Assembly: GCF_902713615.1 (NCBI RefSeq)
Contig: NC_052152.1
Location: 65,568,818-65,632,817 of the forward strand
Source: Scyliorhinus canicula
Lineage: Eukaryota
Direction: 5' to 3'
DNA length: 64,000 bases
In this document: piece after piece, positions 59,202-64,000 of the stretch
Position numbering within the stretch: the first letter of the stretch is position 1
Layout of the letters: the number at the start of each line of letters is the position of its first letter
Position numbers and translations under genes: made by a program
Notes under the pieces: generated by a model
What the model was told of the DNA's origin: nothing
What the model saw: the letters and a program-made list of their open reading frames with translations, nothing else
Databases searched by the model: none

Positions 59202-59902
59202 GTAATTTTCTATATGAATGCAAATTGTTCTTGCAAAAAATGGGAGGGGGTGTTCGTTCAGCTCTTCTGCGGAAGATAGGGCAGACCGGGGAGAAAATCA
59301 GTGTAAAAATTAGCACAAGACTTTTAAGTATTTTCCTGATTTTTGTTCTGTCATTCACAGCCTTTCTCTGACTCTGCATTGACAGGTCAATTGTTTAATT
59401 GGTTATCCACATTTTAAAAAATAATTTGTACAGTGCGACCTTATAGAGATCAATCGATGAGATTATGGACATGTTGGTTGTTTTTCTTTCAGTTAATTTG
59501 TGGATGTAGGTATTGTTGACAATGCTAACATTGAAGGTGTACCTTCTTCTTGAACTGCAGAGCATTTTGACACAATTTAATGGTTTGATTAATCACTTTA
59601 GAGAGCAGCTAAGAGTTAGGCACGTTGGTGAGCTACTGGAGTTCACATGAACCAGGCAAACTCTGCAGGTTTCTTCACTAAAGCCCATTAGAAAATTGCT
59701 TTTTTTTCTGACAATCCAACTGTTTTGATTTACTTTACTGATACCAGCTGACTTTTTCTATTTACATAGTTAAAAGAGATTCTACTTGATGCTTATTTTC
59801 AATCACTTAGTGCTCCCGTGCTCCCTGATTTGTACTTGCGTAGAATTCATTTTTTTGCATTCTCAATAATTTAATTCACATTTTGACTTTGTCTCCACTT
59901 AC

Positions 59903-60022
59903 CTTGCCTCCTTGACCTTTTCTTACAATATCTCACAATAGCCCATGTTAAAATAGCTATGACGATCAGTGCTCCTGCTCCAGAGAATGCAGCTATGAAG
60001 CCACAATTTACTATAACGTAAT
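59903..60022 (-). CDS. Transmembrane exon of an unidentified type I membrane receptor/adaptor (gene 2)
   Basis: Acceptor tttgatttactttttAG at 60024/60023 and strong donor CAAG|GTAAGT at 59902; 120 nt, phase 1/1. Encodes (D)YVIVNCGFIAAFSGAGALIVIAILTWAIVRYCKKRSRRQ: a hydrophobic helix followed by a basic stop-transfer cluster. Confidence 0.8.
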
Positions 60023-61224
60023 CTAAAAAGTAAATCAAACATAATTGATGAGAGCAGGTGGCATTGAACAGTTATTTTGTAACTAAAGATGACGATAACT
60101 CGGTAAGTACCTGCAACAGTAGGAATTGTGCAATTAGTTTTTTTATAATCAGGTATTAGTGGGCAATGCTATCTTAATAGTTTTGACCACAGACAAAAAT
60201 CTTGCATAAAACCAGTTACATTGCGTGCAACTTCAATTAATTCTTTGATCAGGAAAAATGGAGGCCTGTGTATTTGCATTCTTGCTTATCTACGTCCTGT
60301 CAAAGATTCACTTTAAACAGCTTCAGCAATACAGCACTCGTTCCATCTGCCACAGAACTGTCCGCCCACATATGAGCTTTGGGCTCTGTATCAGACAAAG
60401 GAGGTAAAGGAGATAAACATCTTTTAGTTTCTTCAAAAGGCTACAACTTCCGCAATATATGTCAATCGAGTGAATGAAGGGGATTGGAGGGAGGTTTAGA
60501 AGGGTTGGGTGTAGCTTTTAGAAGTTGGCAGAAAGAACAGAGTATCAGAAATGATAGAAATAGACATTAAAGTTTAAAATAATATTTGGGATGTTATAAG
60601 TTTAATTTGCTATGTTTTTTTTATAACTTATGCATTAGTTTTAAAAAATAGAGCAATCTACTCATCAAACAGCATTCTTACCATTGGTTTCATTGGCTTT
60701 CACATGAGTTAGATTAGAGTCTGCAGTTTCATCTATTATCACTACTCCCCCTGGAAATGAAAATGCTCATGTGTAATTAATAACAAACATGGATTGGTCT
60801 CTTTTTGCAGATATACATTTTTGTGAATTAGGATACTGTCAGATGTATAAGATACCACAACATTTAGGCAATTTGTATTTTTAATGATGGTTTGTTGGTC
60901 ACTCGTAGCTTTGCTGACAGATGGAAACCATGGAGAAACTGAAGACTGGGGAGCAAGTGGAGGCTGAGGAAACAATTGCGGAGGTGAACACAGTCCTAAG
61001 AATCATCAGGGAGGTTCGCAGAGGCTGCGACTAGTGGCAAATGGAGAGATTTTGTGTGTTACTTGCAGACAACATGTTTTTTTTATTGCTATAGGAATTA
61101 TTTACTTCCCATTGGCTGGGCCACGGTCAGATCTTATGTATGATTGCTGTTTTTCCAAGGTTCAACTCTATCCGATTGGCAACTGATCCACAGGCCAATG
61201 ACATTTCTGAAACAGTACACTCAC

Positions 61225-61324
61225 TGAGATGGACTAGTAACATAAATGTTATTTGTACTGATGGTTACCTCAACATTGCCATTCTCAAAATGTGGACTGA
61301 CGAAAGTTACCGTCCCTGTCAGAG
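61225..61324 (-). CDS. Possible extracellular exon of gene 2 (LTGTVTFVSPHFENGNVEVTISTNNIYVTSPS)
   Basis: Good acceptor (ttgtatttcacatttatAG) and donor (CA|GTGAGT); one open frame (phase 1 to 2). No matching phase-2 partner exon found before the TM exon. Confidence 0.22.
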
Positions 61325-62652
61325 CTATAAATGTGAAATACAAAACTTACTTGCAGATATGCAAAAAGGCAGATGCTTGGTTACTTTTACAAGTCTGACA
61401 GTATCATTATCTAATTCAACAACAAGGCCAATAATCTCACAAACTGCTTTAGTCAGTTTAAAAAACCTTTACCCTAGAGGCTCATAGACAAATGCAGTAG
61501 CATGGGTTTTCACCCATGAGATTAGGCAATTAATGATAGACTATAGATGCTGGCCCAGCCATTGGAACACACGCCCCGTGAATGAATAAAAACAGATACT
61601 GTATAATGCAAACAAACCCAAGGTCCAAGGCCAACCAATGAAAATAAGGATTTATGATTAAGTGATGCTAACAGAGAATTGATGAGCTAGACCCATAATG
61701 TTTGTTGTTGATGGATTTTCTAATAAAATTGTAACCTCTGCGCAAGTATCATGCTACTTCTATATTGCCCTTATACAGGATTGTTCTGTTGATTCCACTC
61801 ACACTGATCTTGCACAGAGATCAGCAACTTCTAATTAAACATCCTAGATGTATTAACGCAGAAAACTGGGAAGATCCATTTGAATGATTCTAATCCCTCG
61901 CTAAATCTATGAAACAAAGAGATTTAAAAGCGAGAGGGCAGTACACAATTGTTATAGACTTCAAAAACAGGATGCCGTGAAAATACAAACATAAAAATCC
62001 CCAAAACCATTATGTTCAGTTTGTTAACCAGGTAGAATCATCAACAGATTTCAGTTTCCAAATTAGGAAAGGGATTAAGCAAGAACTTGTTGGTATTGGT
62101 GAAATTGCTCACAAAATGGATGATAGGGTCAGAGCAAGCCCACTCTTATGCATACACTGCCCACTGGCTTGCTGAGACCAATTATTTTTGTTTACTGTCA
62201 CTGGCAAGGTTGGCATTCATTACTCGTTCTTAGTTGTTTGGAGAAGGTGGTGGTGTTGCACTTTGTGTTTGTAGCAGTTTGATACAACTGAGTGTCTTCT
62301 GCTGTCAGAAAACCAGCTGCCAGTCAACCATATTGGTGTGGGGCTGAAGTCACACAGAGGCTGACCTAGTAAGGACAAATAGTCCCCTTCCAAAAATGGT
62401 GTCACTGTATCAGTTGGGACTTCTCAAACAATCCAAAAACTTTACATGATGACGCCTTTTTATTCAATTTGACTTCAAATCCTCACACAATTTTTCATCC
62501 AAAAATGTCCACATTGAGTTAGAGATTGCAAGCCAGACGGACTGAATTGAAGAAAATGGGTCTCTCATTGCCAATAAAACATTTTTTTCCTTCAGACTGT
62601 GAGCACTTGAAAAACCATACCATGTAAGGCTACGCATCTCCTGCTCTCTCAT

Positions 62653-62812
62653 GGCGCCAAGGACATGGGTTCAATCCCGGCCCCTGCTCACTGTCCATGT
62701 GGTGTTTGCACATTCTCCCCGTGTCTACACGGGCCTCACCCACAATTCAAAGATGTGCAGGGTAGATGGATTGGCCACGCTAAATTGCCCCTTAATTGGA
62801 AACATTTAAAAA
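62653..62812 (+). mobile_element. 5'-truncated short V-SINE followed by a CR1 tail (~62813-62925)
   Basis: Shortened V-domain with gccccttaattggaaa tail, then gatgggccgaagggcctctttctgtgctg. Confidence 0.8.
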
Positions 62813-64000
62813 AGACTACGGGCCAAAAGTGCAGGTAAATGGGATTAGAAGAGATTTGTATTTGATGGCCGGCACAGACACGATGGGCCGAAGGGCCTCT
62901 TTCTGTGCTGTTGAAAACTCTTATCACTTCCATTCCCATGATTTCCTCGGAGAGCCTTTTCATTGCTCTTAATTCTTCAAATATCCACCATCCAGATTAA
63001 CGCCAGTGTCCGGAGCCTGGTTAGCCCTCAATCAGATGGAAGGATGGAGGAGGAAGGGGGCGGCCACTCGGGAGGGAGAGCTGGCTGAACCCCACCCTCC
63101 TCAGCAAACTACCAAATGTGCTGAAGGTACTGCCCCCGCCACCTAAAGCGGTTGCCGCTTTCCGCCAAAAATTGGTCATCTTTGCAGGAGTTGCGAAACT
63201 CTCTTTAACCTTTAGATATTGCCTGGGATTTTCCTACTAGCGCGCGGTGGTTCCACCGCCAGCAGCAGCACAAGGTGAACACAACAGCAGACAGCACTGC
63301 CAAGTCTCTCCTGACACCCCGACACACACACACAAATAATGGCAGGAATGAAATGCATTTGCAGGCAAGAGGAAATGAAAGAAGGATGGAGGGGGAGGGG
63401 GAGGGGGAGGGGGGGGGGGGGAGAAATGTGTGAGATGCAATAACAAAAAGGAAACTCAATAAAAATGAATTTTAGGTCAGCGGTGTCGGGCAGAATTTTA
63501 GATGTCGGTCCTCAAAACGCCAGACATGTTGGGGGTGGACATGAATGACTCACTCACATTCAAGGGAGTCACGCTAACCACTTTATCAATGACACATTCC
63601 TTTTAATCTCAAGGCAGACTAGCTGATATTTCTCTGACCAATCTTTTCTGTTTGCACAGGTACACAGGTATTGGCCTTGAATTTAGCACGGGGATCCTTC
63701 CGCTGTTTGCATTGCTGGGGGGGGGGGGGGGGGGCAAATCCTGGTGGCAAGAACCTGTGATTCAATCTAGTCAAAAATAACGCCCTTTCCCAAACATAAA
63801 GCACTGACATTTTTTGAGATCGGTTCCCTAATAATACCATTGAACTGTGACAGTACGTGTGATAACTGATACGCCTCAAAATGATTCGTGATAACAAATC
63901 GACGAGGTAATAATGAGTAATGTGTCAGGGAGAACCTGTGGGCTGGAAAAGCTGTGAGATGCGGCAAGATGCAAGGTGTCATTTAGTTTGGAAGGTGAGA

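Noticed and set aside
59176-59379. ORF with LVLIFTLIF stretch and a strong acceptor near 59265
   Set aside because: The hydrophobic stretch is just the polypyrimidine tract; no donor follows and it runs into a SINE. At most an alternative terminal exon.
60310-61000. Candidate stalk or IgC exons (EPKAHMWADSS...; LCSPPQLFPQPP...)
   Set aside because: Donors weak or in incompatible phase, no Ig Cys/Trp pattern; cannot be supported.
61140-61487. 115-aa plus-strand ORF
   Set aside because: No domain; overlaps a better-spliced minus-strand candidate; probably incidental.
63205-63459. ORF containing LAVLSAVVFTLCCCWRW, which resembles a TM segment
   Set aside because: Non-ATG start within a poly-C/(GT)n tract and no acceptor in a suitable phase; another frame of the same DNA looks equally plausible.
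1-64000. CRISPR array, rRNA or genuine tRNA genes, prokaryotic operons
   Set aside because: The DNA is vertebrate-like and spliced. No regular repeat-spacer array was seen; tRNA-like A/B-box heads all belong to SINEs and continue into V-domains or LINE tails.

Overview
Eukaryotic genomic DNA, most likely from an elasmobranch (shark; inferred from HE1/V-SINE, Deu-domain SINE and CR1 repeat content). It is mostly nested transposable elements, with exons of two minus-strand host genes. Gene 1 is CD200 (OX-2)-like: a signal-peptide exon (27155-27230) is joined across a ~24.3-kb phase-1 intron to an IgV exon (2507-2842); the rest of the gene lies left of the window. Gene 2 is an unidentified single-pass membrane protein with a TM exon (59903-60022), a terminal exon carrying YENM (51124-51206) and a candidate 34-nt frame-switching exon carrying YEGL (53510-53543). 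Its ectodomain is not resolved here. Mobile DNA includes a near-complete two-gene PIF/Harbinger transposon (17245-22088) plus many Harbinger-type MITEs, two internally deleted Ty3/Gypsy proviruses and two solo LTRs of one family, two solo LTRs of a second family, CR1/L2-group, RTE and Penelope fragments (one with an intact hammerhead core), and about 20 SINEs with interchangeable 3' tails. The most unusual signals are (i) the Gypsy family has no tRNA-type PBS but a fold-back between the post-LTR sequence and the LTR ATTAAA region, plus a YLDN RT motif, and (ii) gene 2 may switch between two tyrosine-motif tails. All coordinates were read by eye. Repeat family names rest on remembered motif similarity, not database searches.
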